From Patescibacteria group bacterium (GTDB lineage Bacteria > Patescibacteriota > Patescibacteriia > Buchananbacterales > UBA6539): 64,000 nt of DNA. The notes beneath the pieces are model-generated. The model made no database searches. It saw only the letters and a list, made by a program, of their open reading frames with translations, and was not told the DNA's origin. The stretch covers positions 68,256 through 132,255 of the forward strand of contig JAQTYZ010000002.1 in assembly GCA_028688055.1 (NCBI GenBank). Direction: 5' to 3'. Made by a program: the position numbers and the translations under genes. Shown here one piece after another: positions 1 to 8,332 of this stretch; positions within the stretch are counted from its first letter, which is position 1; every line of letters begins with the position of its first letter.

Positions 1-317
1 CGATGATGATACCAATAATACTGCCACGAATAATCGCCTTGGCCTTGGTAACTGACTCTTCGTTACCGCGTGCCATCATCCACAGGTAGCCAGCATAAAT
101 AATGTAAGCCATAAAAACCACACCCAGGATGGTGAGTAGACCTTTGATGACTTGGCCAATGGTGGTGGCTAAATTCGGGGTCGCGGTGTCATAAGATTGG
201 CCAGCAACATTGGTTAATTTACTGGTAATATCTAAGGCTAAAGCACTGTTCAGTGCTAAGCCTAGGACGCTGAGAACGATGGTGATAAAAATTAAAGTCT
301 TTAAAGTTTTGGTCATA
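1..317 (-). CDS. TrbC/VirB2-like pilin-family small secreted membrane protein (paralog 1). Its C-terminal end runs off the window edge
   Basis: Reverse-strand ATG at 317-315 gives MTKTLKTLIFITIVLSVLG..., a signal peptide. The conserved core GYLWMMARGNEESVTKAKAII...IIGIII is shared with seven downstream paralogs. No stop codon before the window start. Confidence 0.55.
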
Positions 318-320
318 AAA

Positions 321-734
321 TTATTTGGCGGTCGTGGCGCTTTGTAAGGCCTGAGCGACAAAGTAGCTAATGGCATAGGCCGACAAGACAATGATTAGAC
401 CGATGGTCGCCGCTCTCATCGTGTCTTTAGCCTTCTGAACTTCATCTTCTCTTCCTGAGGCCATCATCCATTTGTAGCCACCGTAAATGATTAAGACTAA
501 AAATAATATTCCAAAAACACTTAAGAAGGTATTAAGTACTTTACCAACAATAAGCTGCGACGCTGTCTCAACGTCCGTTCCGGCACTCGGTAAATCAATG
601 TCGGTAATACCTTGTTGCATTCGGTCGATAATGGTCTCCGCTAAAACTGTTGGGGCCTTAATTAAACCGATTGCTAGCAATAAGCCAGCCGTTGTCAGCC
701 CGGACGCGATTCTTTTTGATATTTTATTAGGCAT
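321..734 (-). CDS. TrbC/VirB2-like pilin-family protein (paralog 2)
   Basis: ORF track. Signal peptide, then motif YGGYKWMMASGREDEVQKAKDTM and a C-terminal transmembrane helix. The gap to each neighbouring paralog is 4-5 bp. Confidence 0.55.
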   Translation of the reverse strand: MPNKISKRIASGLTTAGLLLAIGLIKAPTVLAETIIDRMQQGITDIDLPSAGTDVETASQLIVGKVLNTFLSVFGILFLVLIIYGGYKWMMASGREDEVQKAKDTMRAATIGLIIVLSAYAISYFVAQALQSATTAK

Positions 735-738
735 ATTT

Positions 739-1146
739 TTATTGTTTAATGGCGCCGCTAAATTGAGTTAAGACAAATTCGGTAATAATTCTGGCCATTA
801 GGATAATTATTAAGCCGATGACCACCTCGCGGGTCATTTTTTTAGCCTTTTCAATGTGTTCTTCGTTGCCGCGCGCCATCATCCAGGTGTAGCCGGCATA
901 AATCAGTAGGAGAAAAAAAATGACCCCTAGGAAAGTTAGGAGTGAGCCTAAAATTTTAAATAAGGAGCCGGTAAAGGCATTGGTGCCAACTGTAATATTA
1001 TTGCCGCCGCCGTAGGCTTCATTAATAGTTGTTTGTAAGCCCGATTTGGCTTTTTGTAAAATTGATGCTGAAGCGTTTGTCGCCGAGCCAATAAACATTA
1101 AGACTGCTCCAATGGTAATTTTTTTTGTTGTTAGTGATAATTTCAT
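739..1146 (-). CDS. TrbC/VirB2-like pilin-family protein (paralog 3)
   Basis: Motif YAGYTWMMARGNEEHIEKAKKMT plus two hydrophobic segments. Confidence 0.55.
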   Translation of the reverse strand: MKLSLTTKKITIGAVLMFIGSATNASASILQKAKSGLQTTINEAYGGGNNITVGTNAFTGSLFKILGSLLTFLGVIFFLLLIYAGYTWMMARGNEEHIEKAKKMTREVVIGLIIILMARIITEFVLTQFSGAIKQ

Positions 1147-1150
1147 AAAT

Positions 1151-1564
1151 TTATGGATTTCCCGGTAGCGTTTTACCTAGGTAATTCAAGACAAATTCTG
1201 TTATGATCCGACCGCTAATGACGATAGCTAAACCAATCAAGGAGTTAATTATCATTCGCTTGGCTTTTTCCACTTGTTCTTCTTTGCCTTGGGCGGTCAG
1301 CCAAAGCCAGCCAGCATAAATGATTAAAATCATAAAGTAAGCACCCATGATCGTTACCATCCCTGTAACATAGGCCGAGAAAGCGACGACGAATTCTTTT
1401 TTGGGAGCACCTTCCTGAGTAGTACTGTAACCGGCGGCATCACCGGTTTGTTTAAAGCCATTAATCACCTGACTTGAGGTGTCGGCCGAGCTTAAACCGG
1501 CCAGCCAAAAATTTATGATAATCAAGCTTAAGATTATGGCTGAACTTAATTTTTTATTTTTCAT
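1151..1564 (-). CDS. TrbC/VirB2-like pilin-family protein (paralog 4)
   Basis: Motif YAGWLWLTAQGKEEQVEKAKRMI and a signal peptide. Confidence 0.55.
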   Translation of the reverse strand: MKNKKLSSAIILSLIIINFWLAGLSSADTSSQVINGFKQTGDAAGYSTTQEGAPKKEFVVAFSAYVTGMVTIMGAYFMILIIYAGWLWLTAQGKEEQVEKAKRMIINSLIGLAIVISGRIITEFVLNYLGKTLPGNP

Positions 1565-1570
1565 AAATAT

Positions 1571-2002
1571 TTAGGCGCCGTTAGTTGAAAATTCTAAGGA
1601 GTTGAAAATAACAAAGACTAGGGCATAGGCAATAAAAATTACCATCAGCCCAAAAATACCGTTGAGGATAAAGGTTTTTGCTTTTTGAATTTGTTCTTCT
1701 TTACCGTTAGATTCCATCCAGAATACGCCGCCGATTAGAATAACAGTTAAAAATACGACCGCGACTGAGGCAAATAAGTAGTTAATAATACGCCCAATAA
1801 TGGTCGCTAAATTTTGGGTTGGTTTGTCGGCCGCTGGGCCTTTTGATACGCCGGCTTGTTGCGCGGTGTTATTGACCCCCTCAAGCACATCGGTGGCCGT
1901 GCTGGCCAAAATTACCGGCGCTAACATTAAATTGAAAACCACCGACGCTAAAATTAGTAGTAGATTTATTTTTGACATTTTCATATTAACCGCTGGTTCC
2001 AT
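1571..2002 (-). CDS. TrbC/VirB2-like pilin-family protein (paralog 5). The true start may be the internal ATG near 1984
   Basis: Motif IGGVFWMESNGKEEQIQKAKTFI. The annotated start overlaps the stop of the upstream paralog at 1986. Confidence 0.5.
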   Translation of the reverse strand: MEPAVNMKMSKINLLLILASVVFNLMLAPVILASTATDVLEGVNNTAQQAGVSKGPAADKPTQNLATIIGRIINYLFASVAVVFLTVILIGGVFWMESNGKEEQIQKAKTFILNGIFGLMVIFIAYALVFVIFNSLEFSTNGA

Positions 2003-2390
2003 ATTTTAAAGCTGCTAAGACGACATAGACCAGCGAATACGCCAGGAAGACCACAATTAGACCATTAATACCCTCGCCCACGAATTTTTTGGCTTTGCCA
2101 ACTTTTTCTTCATTACCGCCCGCGATCATCCATAAAAAACCGCCGGTGATGGTAAAGACCAGTGAAATAACTCCGATGATGCCGAAAAAATAGCTGACAA
2201 TTGATCCGATTTTAGCTGGCAGGTTTGATTCGATGTCAATGTGACCGGAATTAGCCGTGGTTTGCAGAGTGTTGTCCAGCGCTTTTAAGCCCGTTACCGT
2301 GGCTGCCATTACTGGTATTTGGAGGATAAAAAATATGGCCGTGATTGTCAGCAACAGCGCTAAGTAATTTTTTTTAAAATAAGTCGTCAT
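1986..2390 (-). CDS. TrbC/VirB2-like pilin-family protein (paralog 6)
   Basis: Motif TGGFLWMIAGGNEEKVGKAKKFV. Confidence 0.55.
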   Translation of the reverse strand: MTTYFKKNYLALLLTITAIFFILQIPVMAATVTGLKALDNTLQTTANSGHIDIESNLPAKIGSIVSYFFGIIGVISLVFTITGGFLWMIAGGNEEKVGKAKKFVGEGINGLIVVFLAYSLVYVVLAALKYGTSG

Positions 2391-2472
2391 TTGATTTTAC
2401 CAATGGGGGAGACCCCCGTTTAAACGGCGAAGGTCTCCCCCTGAAGGAATACTCCGAAATATAAGTGGTTTT

Positions 2473-2832
2473 TTAAGCTGCGCCGGTTGCTGTGATTAAC
2501 TGACTGATGACGAAGCTGGCGATGGCGAAGGAAACAAAGATAATTACCAAACCGATGATGCCGGCGGTAATAATCTTTTTAGCTTCACCAACTTTTTCTT
2601 CAGAACCACCAGAAGTCAACCATCGGAAACCTCCCCACAGAATAATAATGATGGCTAGGATACCCAAGAATCCGAGTAAAACGTTGACAACGTTCATAAT
2701 GCCTTCGCGCAAATCCTTTGTTCCTAGACCGGTGTAAGTTCCGTAGTTAATTCCAGTTTCTAAAGCCAACGCCGGCATAACTGTTAAGGCAAAGATGGTA
2801 ACTAAGGTTGATAAAACGATTAATTTTTTCAT
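2473..2832 (-). CDS. TrbC/VirB2-like pilin-family protein (paralog 7). Candidate major pilin
   Basis: Motif WGGFRWLTSGGSEEKVGEAKKII. Strong ribosome-binding site AAAGGGGGTGAGAAA before the ATG. About 80% identical to the distant copy at 10675-11034, which has the same leader. Confidence 0.6.
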   Translation of the reverse strand: MKKLIVLSTLVTIFALTVMPALALETGINYGTYTGLGTKDLREGIMNVVNVLLGFLGILAIIIILWGGFRWLTSGGSEEKVGEAKKIITAGIIGLVIIFVSFAIASFVISQLITATGAA

Positions 2833-3004
2833 TTTCTCACCCCCTTTCGTTTTTAGCCGCTGACTATTTTTTTAATTTTGGCGGCCCTCATTTTTTAAAT
2901 GACTATCTATATTATACGAGAAAACGGTGAGTGATGTAAAGTGGAGAATTAATCAGTTGTTAATCTTAGAGTTGGTTGGCGACTGGGCTGTCGTCAGGCC
3001 CCCA

Positions 3005-3526
3005 TTAGGGGTTGCTCCCGGTGTTACTTGGGATTTGTCCAAATGGTGTACTACGGAATATGGTAGCTCGGGTGCCGATCGTTCCACCGGTTAAAGCTAA
3101 AATAATAAAGTTTACAACTAGCCAAGATGTTAAGACAATTGTTAACCCAATGGCCGCGGCGGTTATTGCGGCTTTGCCCTGCTGAATTTTTTCCTGACTG
3201 CCGGCTGAAATAATCCACAACACCCCGCCATAAAGAATCATTACCAGCGCCGCTGTTCCGGTCACCGCGACAATTAAGGTGGCAATGTTAATGATTACTT
3301 GCAGCAATTGATCAAGGCCGCAGTCGTTGACATCTTTTCCTTGCTCGCCAGTGCATTTGGTTGGGACAAGTTGTCCATCGGGGATTCCAATGCTAGTTAA
3401 AAAACTGGTCAGTCCGTCGGGCTTTGGTGGTGGTGGCGGCATTAAAGCCATCGCGGGTGCTGCTGTCATTAGCGCTGAAAAAAATATTGTTAAGGCCACC
3501 GTGGTGACGACAAAAATTTTTCTCAT
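3005..3526 (-). CDS. TrbC/VirB2-like pilin-family protein (paralog 8), with a Pro-rich N-terminal extension and a C-terminal tail
   Basis: Motif YGGVLWIISAGSQEKIQQGKAAI. A PPPPPKP stretch follows the signal peptide. The start overlaps the stop of the upstream solute-binding-protein gene. Confidence 0.5.
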   Translation of the reverse strand: MRKIFVVTTVALTIFFSALMTAAPAMALMPPPPPKPDGLTSFLTSIGIPDGQLVPTKCTGEQGKDVNDCGLDQLLQVIINIATLIVAVTGTAALVMILYGGVLWIISAGSQEKIQQGKAAITAAAIGLTIVLTSWLVVNFIILALTGGTIGTRATIFRSTPFGQIPSNTGSNP

Positions 3527-4902
3527 AAGGTTTGTTGAATTTTAAGACTTGCTAAATTAACGGCCTGTTGTACCTCAGTCCCGTCGTTAACACTTTTAAG
3601 CATATCTTTGAAGGCATTTTCCATGGCGTTAGCGTTATTGCCCTGATACCAGCTTTTGGCTGTTAGTAATTGGTCGGCAAAAACTTTTAGGTTATCATTA
3701 CTGCTTTGGTCAGCGACTAGCGTTCGCAAGGCGGTTGGCTTAGCGGTTTTAGCTAAATATTTTTTTGCTTCCTCAGGCTTTGACATAAATTGAATAAAAT
3801 CCCAGGCCTCATTAACGTGCTTACTTTTTTTGGACACACTTTGCACCCAGTAATTGGCGAAGTTCACCGGCGGTCGGCCATTGATTTGCGGCACGCTGGT
3901 TATGCCATAATTAAGTTTTCCCTGTCGTTTGCTTTCGAGGTAGGGGATATGATAATTGTAGCCAAACATCATGGCAACTTGACCGGCGGCGAAAGCGTCC
4001 ACGGAATTTGGAAAATCCTTGCTCCAGGTATAAACTTCTTTGGCGGAGTTGGCAAAATCAGTGTAAAATCTGACTGCTTCCGGACCCGGGACGTAATTTC
4101 GGTCGGTTACCCCTGAAGGGATTGAGCCAAACGTCACTTGTTTGCCTACTGACATCTGCGCTCCGTTTTGCATCATTAATAGTGAGACAATATCGCTGGC
4201 TCGGTCAACATTGTCAGCCGTTCCCATGGCGATGCCAGCCTGAACTAGTTTTCCACCTTTATCTTGGAAGGTTAATTTTTTAACATCAGCTTGCAGGGTG
4301 ACCCAATCATTGGGTGGTAGTGGGATGGCGGAATTATTAAGTAAATCGCGATTATAAAATAGAGCCAAGCTGTCGACACTTAATGGCAAGCCATAAATTT
4401 TGCCATCGCGCACCGCGTCATAATAAACGGCGTCGACATAAGCATTTTTTAGTTGAGCCGGGGTAATGCTGGTGGTATCTCTGACTTCGAAGATTGTTTC
4501 TTGTTTAATACCCAAACTCATTCTGGTCACCTGATAGGCCATGGTGGTTTTGGCTGGCAACGGTTCAATTTTACTTAAATATTTTGTCACCCAGTCGTTG
4601 TGAATTGAAAAAATATCAGGGCCTCGGTCCTCGGCTAACGAATTAAGCAATTGGGTTTCAAATTCTTCGGGACGAAGTTTTTTATAAGTGATGGTAACAT
4701 TTGGATGGACCGCTTTATAATCATTAATAATTTCTTGGAAACTATCCGGGTCGTCATAAACGCCCCACCAAGTTAGTTCAATCGGTTCTAATAATTGTTG
4801 TTGTTGTGGTGTGACAAATTTGCACTGAAAACCGCTGCTAGCTACAACAGCCGCCAATAAAACTAAGATCGGCAACTTGATAAATTTATTTTTATTTTTC
4901 AT
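3523..4902 (-). CDS. Extracellular solute-binding protein (ABC transporter, family 1, sugar-type). No permease or ATPase gene is adjacent
   Basis: Signal/lipobox-like N-terminus (LLAAVVASSGFQC). MalE-like composition and length. Start overlaps the galU stop. Confidence 0.55.
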   Translation of the reverse strand: MKNKNKFIKLPILVLLAAVVASSGFQCKFVTPQQQQLLEPIELTWWGVYDDPDSFQEIINDYKAVHPNVTITYKKLRPEEFETQLLNSLAEDRGPDIFSIHNDWVTKYLSKIEPLPAKTTMAYQVTRMSLGIKQETIFEVRDTTSITPAQLKNAYVDAVYYDAVRDGKIYGLPLSVDSLALFYNRDLLNNSAIPLPPNDWVTLQADVKKLTFQDKGGKLVQAGIAMGTADNVDRASDIVSLLMMQNGAQMSVGKQVTFGSIPSGVTDRNYVPGPEAVRFYTDFANSAKEVYTWSKDFPNSVDAFAAGQVAMMFGYNYHIPYLESKRQGKLNYGITSVPQINGRPPVNFANYWVQSVSKKSKHVNEAWDFIQFMSKPEEAKKYLAKTAKPTALRTLVADQSSNDNLKVFADQLLTAKSWYQGNNANAMENAFKDMLKSVNDGTEVQQAVNLASLKIQQTL

Positions 4903-5762
4903 AGTTTACCTTTTAAAAATTTTTTGAATTCCGTTGCAATTGTTTTATCTTTTAAACCGAATTCCACATTGGCCTTGAGCCAGCCAAGCTTGGATCCGGG
5001 GTCGTGCAGTTCGCCGTCAATCAACTTGGCATAAATTGGACGTTTTTTTAGCAACAGCGCAATGGCATCAACTAACCATAGCTCATTGTCGCGACCGATT
5101 TTCGTTTTTTCTAACGCCTCAAAGATATCCGGCGTAAAAATATAGCCGCCGAAACTGGCCACCCGGCTTTTAACTTTTGGTCCGGGCTTTTCCACGATTG
5201 AATTAACTTGGAAAACATCATTTTCAATTTTAATACCCTCAATGATCCCGTATTTTGAGGTTCCGGCCGTATCGGTCATTTTCGCCGTAATTACCGGATC
5301 GCCATATTTTTCGTAAACTTCAATCAACTGTCGAATGTGTGGTTTTCTAGGGCAAGTCCAAATGTCGTCGCCCCAAACAACAGCAAATGGCTCGTCGCCG
5401 ATAATTTGCTTGGCATTTAATACCGGCGTGCCATTGCCATAAGGGCCTTTTTGTCGGATATAAATAAAGTTTGCCATTTCGGCAACTTCTTTAACCTGCC
5501 TTTGGGCCTCTTTTTTCCCGGCCTTAAGCAGAAATTGTTCCAGGGTTTCGTTGCGATCAAAATGATCTTCAATTGCTCTTTTCGTTGAGCCGGTAACTAA
5601 GATAATGTCAGTAATTCCAGCTTTAACGGCGTCTTCGACAATGTACTGAATAATCGGTTTATCAACGATTGGCAACATTTCTTTTGGTTGGGCCTTGGTT
5701 GCCGGTAGCAATCTTGTGCCGAGACCGGCGACGGGGATAACAACTTTTCTAATTTTTTTCAT
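4899..5762 (-). CDS. galU: UTP--glucose-1-phosphate uridylyltransferase
   Basis: N-terminus KVVIPVAGLGTRLLPATKAQPKEMLPIVDKPIIQYIVEDAVKAGITDIILVTG is a canonical GalU signature. Confidence 0.8.
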   Translation of the reverse strand: MKKIRKVVIPVAGLGTRLLPATKAQPKEMLPIVDKPIIQYIVEDAVKAGITDIILVTGSTKRAIEDHFDRNETLEQFLLKAGKKEAQRQVKEVAEMANFIYIRQKGPYGNGTPVLNAKQIIGDEPFAVVWGDDIWTCPRKPHIRQLIEVYEKYGDPVITAKMTDTAGTSKYGIIEGIKIENDVFQVNSIVEKPGPKVKSRVASFGGYIFTPDIFEALEKTKIGRDNELWLVDAIALLLKKRPIYAKLIDGELHDPGSKLGWLKANVEFGLKDKTIATEFKKFLKGKL

Positions 5763-5856
5763 AGCGATTTGATTGATTATTGATAAAATTATAACAGAAA
5801 AGCGTTGAATTGTAAAAAATAAAATAATGTGTTAATTTTATAGCTGTTTAAAACGC

Positions 5857-5946
5857 GGAGAGGTGGCCGAGTGGTTTAAGGCGACGGTCTCGAACACCGT
5901 TTGGGTTTAACCGCCCTCGCAGGTTCAAATCCTGTCCTCTCCGCCA
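5857..5946 (+). tRNA. tRNA-Ser(CGA)
   Basis: Acceptor stem GGAGAGG/CCTCTCC. Anticodon stem ACGGT/ACCGT with loop CTCGAAC. Long variable arm. 3' GCCA is encoded. Confidence 0.8.
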
Positions 5947-5951
5947 TTGTT

Positions 5952-6455
5952 ATGTCTGTTACTAAAAGAAAACTTATTGTTTTTATCGGTAAGCCTGGGG
6001 TGGGTAAGACTACCCTCATTAAGGCTGTTTTTCCTGATCAGATTTTTATTGATGTTTTGCCGTTTATTGAAAAGTTTCGTTTGCCTGACGCAAGTATTCC
6101 GGAAGAAAAGACCATTATCGCGTATGAAAATATGTATCGCTATCTTGAGAGAGTTGATAGCGATTTTGTCGTTTTAGAGTTGGGTACTAACCACCCCGAA
6201 TTTAATATTAACCAACTAAAAAAATTGCAGACGCTTTATGATCTTAAAATTTTTTTATGCCTAGCCTCAGTCTTGACCTGTTGGGAGCGCGCTCGTGCCA
6301 GGGGTATGCGACATACGACCGAAGCGTTTCAAGCCAGAATGGCACGTGATTTTCCGGCCAGCCACGAAAAATTATTACATGCCGCCGGTTTGAATTATCA
6401 ATTAGTTGATATGGAACAGCCGCTGGCAGTGACCGCGGCTGTTGTTTTGAGTTAA
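5952..6455 (+). CDS. P-loop NTPase (kinase-like, Walker A GKPGVGKTT)
   Basis: The internal ATG at 5952 gives MSVTKRKLIVFIGKPGVGKTTLIK. The ORF-track start at 5901 lies inside the tRNA. Confidence 0.5.
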   Translation: MSVTKRKLIVFIGKPGVGKTTLIKAVFPDQIFIDVLPFIEKFRLPDASIPEEKTIIAYENMYRYLERVDSDFVVLELGTNHPEFNINQLKKLQTLYDLKIFLCLASVLTCWERARARGMRHTTEAFQARMARDFPASHEKLLHAAGLNYQLVDMEQPLAVTAAVVLS

Positions 6456-6480
6456 GTTTGTTTTATTCTCTGAGCGAGTT

Positions 6481-7002
6481 CTAGATTTCGGATAATGATG
6501 CTGACTGGGTATTATTTTCGGCCGCTGACAATGCCGCCAGCTCTTCGTCAAGCTTTTGAGCCAAGAACGGTGATAGCTGTTCTCTTAATTCTAATTTTTC
6601 CGATAACCTTAGGCTTTTGAAACCGGCAATATATTTTTTGCACTTGGCCGACTGACAATGACACTCAAAAATATCCTCCTCATCGTAATCGCTGGTACAA
6701 TAGTTGTAAGTTATTTCTTCGCCACTTGTTATCGGCCGTCGTGCCACTAGCGATAATGATTTAAAATCAATATAAGCGTTGGCATCGCAGGAGTGATTGA
6801 TAAAATTTTCCGGACTATTCGGATCGGCGCTGATTTGATGGGTGTTTTCATCAATGCGTAAGGTTTTGTTGGTTGAGTATGAAACAAATTTTTTTTCAAA
6901 AGCTAGAATTGTTTCACCAGCAGCAATTTTTTTTATCGTAACCAGTCTTTTCCCAGTGGCCGTTTGAGCCACTACGAACAACGGGGAGCTTGCTCTGTCC
7001 AT
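6481..7002 (-). CDS. SET-domain protein (putative protein-lysine methyltransferase)
   Basis: NHSCDANAYIDF...EEITYNY and a post-SET Cys cluster CHCQSAKCKK. Confidence 0.6.
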   Translation of the reverse strand: MDRASSPLFVVAQTATGKRLVTIKKIAAGETILAFEKKFVSYSTNKTLRIDENTHQISADPNSPENFINHSCDANAYIDFKSLSLVARRPITSGEEITYNYCTSDYDEEDIFECHCQSAKCKKYIAGFKSLRLSEKLELREQLSPFLAQKLDEELAALSAAENNTQSASLSEI

Positions 7003-7407
7003 TAGCGCGCAATAAAGTTAATTAATTTGGTAATCATTTTAATAAAAAAATATAACCACCTTTGAGGTAGTGGTTTTAAGGCTAACTAGGCAATCTTTTT
7101 GGCAAAGCCGCCAGGGTGCTATAAGTAACGTGCGTCTCATCGTTTGACTCGGCTTAGGCTGGCGCCCAGGGTTTTGGTAAATCAGATGAGGTTTTTATAT
7201 CTAAAGTTTAACCCCATTTAAAATAAAAAATCAACACCCTTTAGCTTAGTCAGGAAAAACAAACCACCAACAATGATTTTTTAGCTTAATTAAGATAAAT
7301 CAAGGTGCTCCAGCGTTAGGTCGGCGAGTTCCATCGTTTTTTGTTATAATGTTTTTAGGTATAAATTATTAAATTAAGGCAAGTGATCAACTGAAGTCAG
7401 CCCAATT

Positions 7408-8025
7408 ATGTTAAAAATATATTTAACCCGACACGGACAGGATCAAGACAACGCCAGCGGTTTATTAAATGGCCACCGCGATACGCCCTTGACCGCCAGG
7501 GGCGTTGAACAGGCTAATGAGTTAGCGGACAAAATTTTTGCCGCGGGTTTCGTCTTTGACAATATTTATTCGTCACCGCTCCAGCGCGCTAAAACAACGG
7601 CGGAAATTATCGCTCAAAAATTAAATTTTAAGCCGGTGGAAATTTTGCCGGACTTAATCGAGCGGGATTTTGGCATTTTAGCCGGTAAGCCGATTAAGGA
7701 TATTGAGGTTTTATGCTATCCTGAAATTATTAAGTCTGGGCCCGTTGCTTATTTTTTGTCGGCCCAAGGGGCTGATACTTTTCCGGCCTTGATGCTACGC
7801 GCTAAAAAAGTATTAGACGCGCTGACTCAAAAATATCAGCACGGCAATATTTTGTTGGTCAGCCACGGTGATTTTGGCAAAATGTTATACGCGGCGTTTT
7901 ATCAGCTGGACTGGCAACGGGTTTTAGCAATGTTTCACTTTGGTAACTCCGAATTAATTTTATTATCACCAGACTCCGATCCTGAAGACGTCTATATTTT
8001 TAGGACTAAACAATTTAACCCATGA
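7408..8025 (+). CDS. Histidine phosphatase family protein (phosphoglycerate-mutase-like)
   Basis: LTRHGQDQDN...HRDTPLTARG...LLVSHGDF catalytic motifs. A TATAAT box lies at about 7345-7350 upstream. Confidence 0.7.
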   Translation: MLKIYLTRHGQDQDNASGLLNGHRDTPLTARGVEQANELADKIFAAGFVFDNIYSSPLQRAKTTAEIIAQKLNFKPVEILPDLIERDFGILAGKPIKDIEVLCYPEIIKSGPVAYFLSAQGADTFPALMLRAKKVLDALTQKYQHGNILLVSHGDFGKMLYAAFYQLDWQRVLAMFHFGNSELILLSPDSDPEDVYIFRTKQFNP

Positions 8026-8255
8026 TCACCGCTAGTCAAAATTTTAAACTCGGGCGTTACCGTCATTATAAGGGTAAGGATTATCAGGTGGTTGGCATCG
8101 CTAAGCAGAGCGAGACGCTCGAAGATTTGGTAATTTATGAGGCTTTATATAATAACGAGACCAGCAAGCTCTGGGCGCGACCATTGAAGATGTTTACTTC
8201 GGAAGTTATTTTTGAAGGCAAAAAAGTTCCGCGGTTTGAATACTTGGGTGATTAG
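8022..8255 (+). CDS. DUF1653-family small protein
   Basis: GRYRHYKGKDYQVVGIAKQSETLEDLVIYEALY...LWARPLKMF matches the DUF1653 pattern. 4-bp overlap with the upstream gene. Confidence 0.55.
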   Translation: MITASQNFKLGRYRHYKGKDYQVVGIAKQSETLEDLVIYEALYNNETSKLWARPLKMFTSEVIFEGKKVPRFEYLGD

Positions 8256-8267
8256 ATTAAAATTTAA

Positions 8268-8332
8268 AATTAAAAAAAGTTGAGTTTTTGTCATCCCGAG
8301 CTTGTCGAGGGATCGCTCAACTTTTTTTAATT
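8268..8332. terminator. Bidirectional intrinsic terminator. The hairpin loop carries a TGTCATCCCGAGC...GGGATC repeat module
   Basis: AAAAAAGTTGAG ... CTCAACTTTTTTT inverted repeat between two convergent genes. Confidence 0.6.

Noticed and set aside
7003-7407. The 400-bp intergenic region between the SET-domain gene and the histidine phosphatase gene as a possible ncRNA locus
   Set aside because: It contains one hairpin (ACCACCTTTGAGGTAGTGGT) and GC-rich patches but no recognisable family features. Without covariance evidence I treat it as a divergent promoter region.
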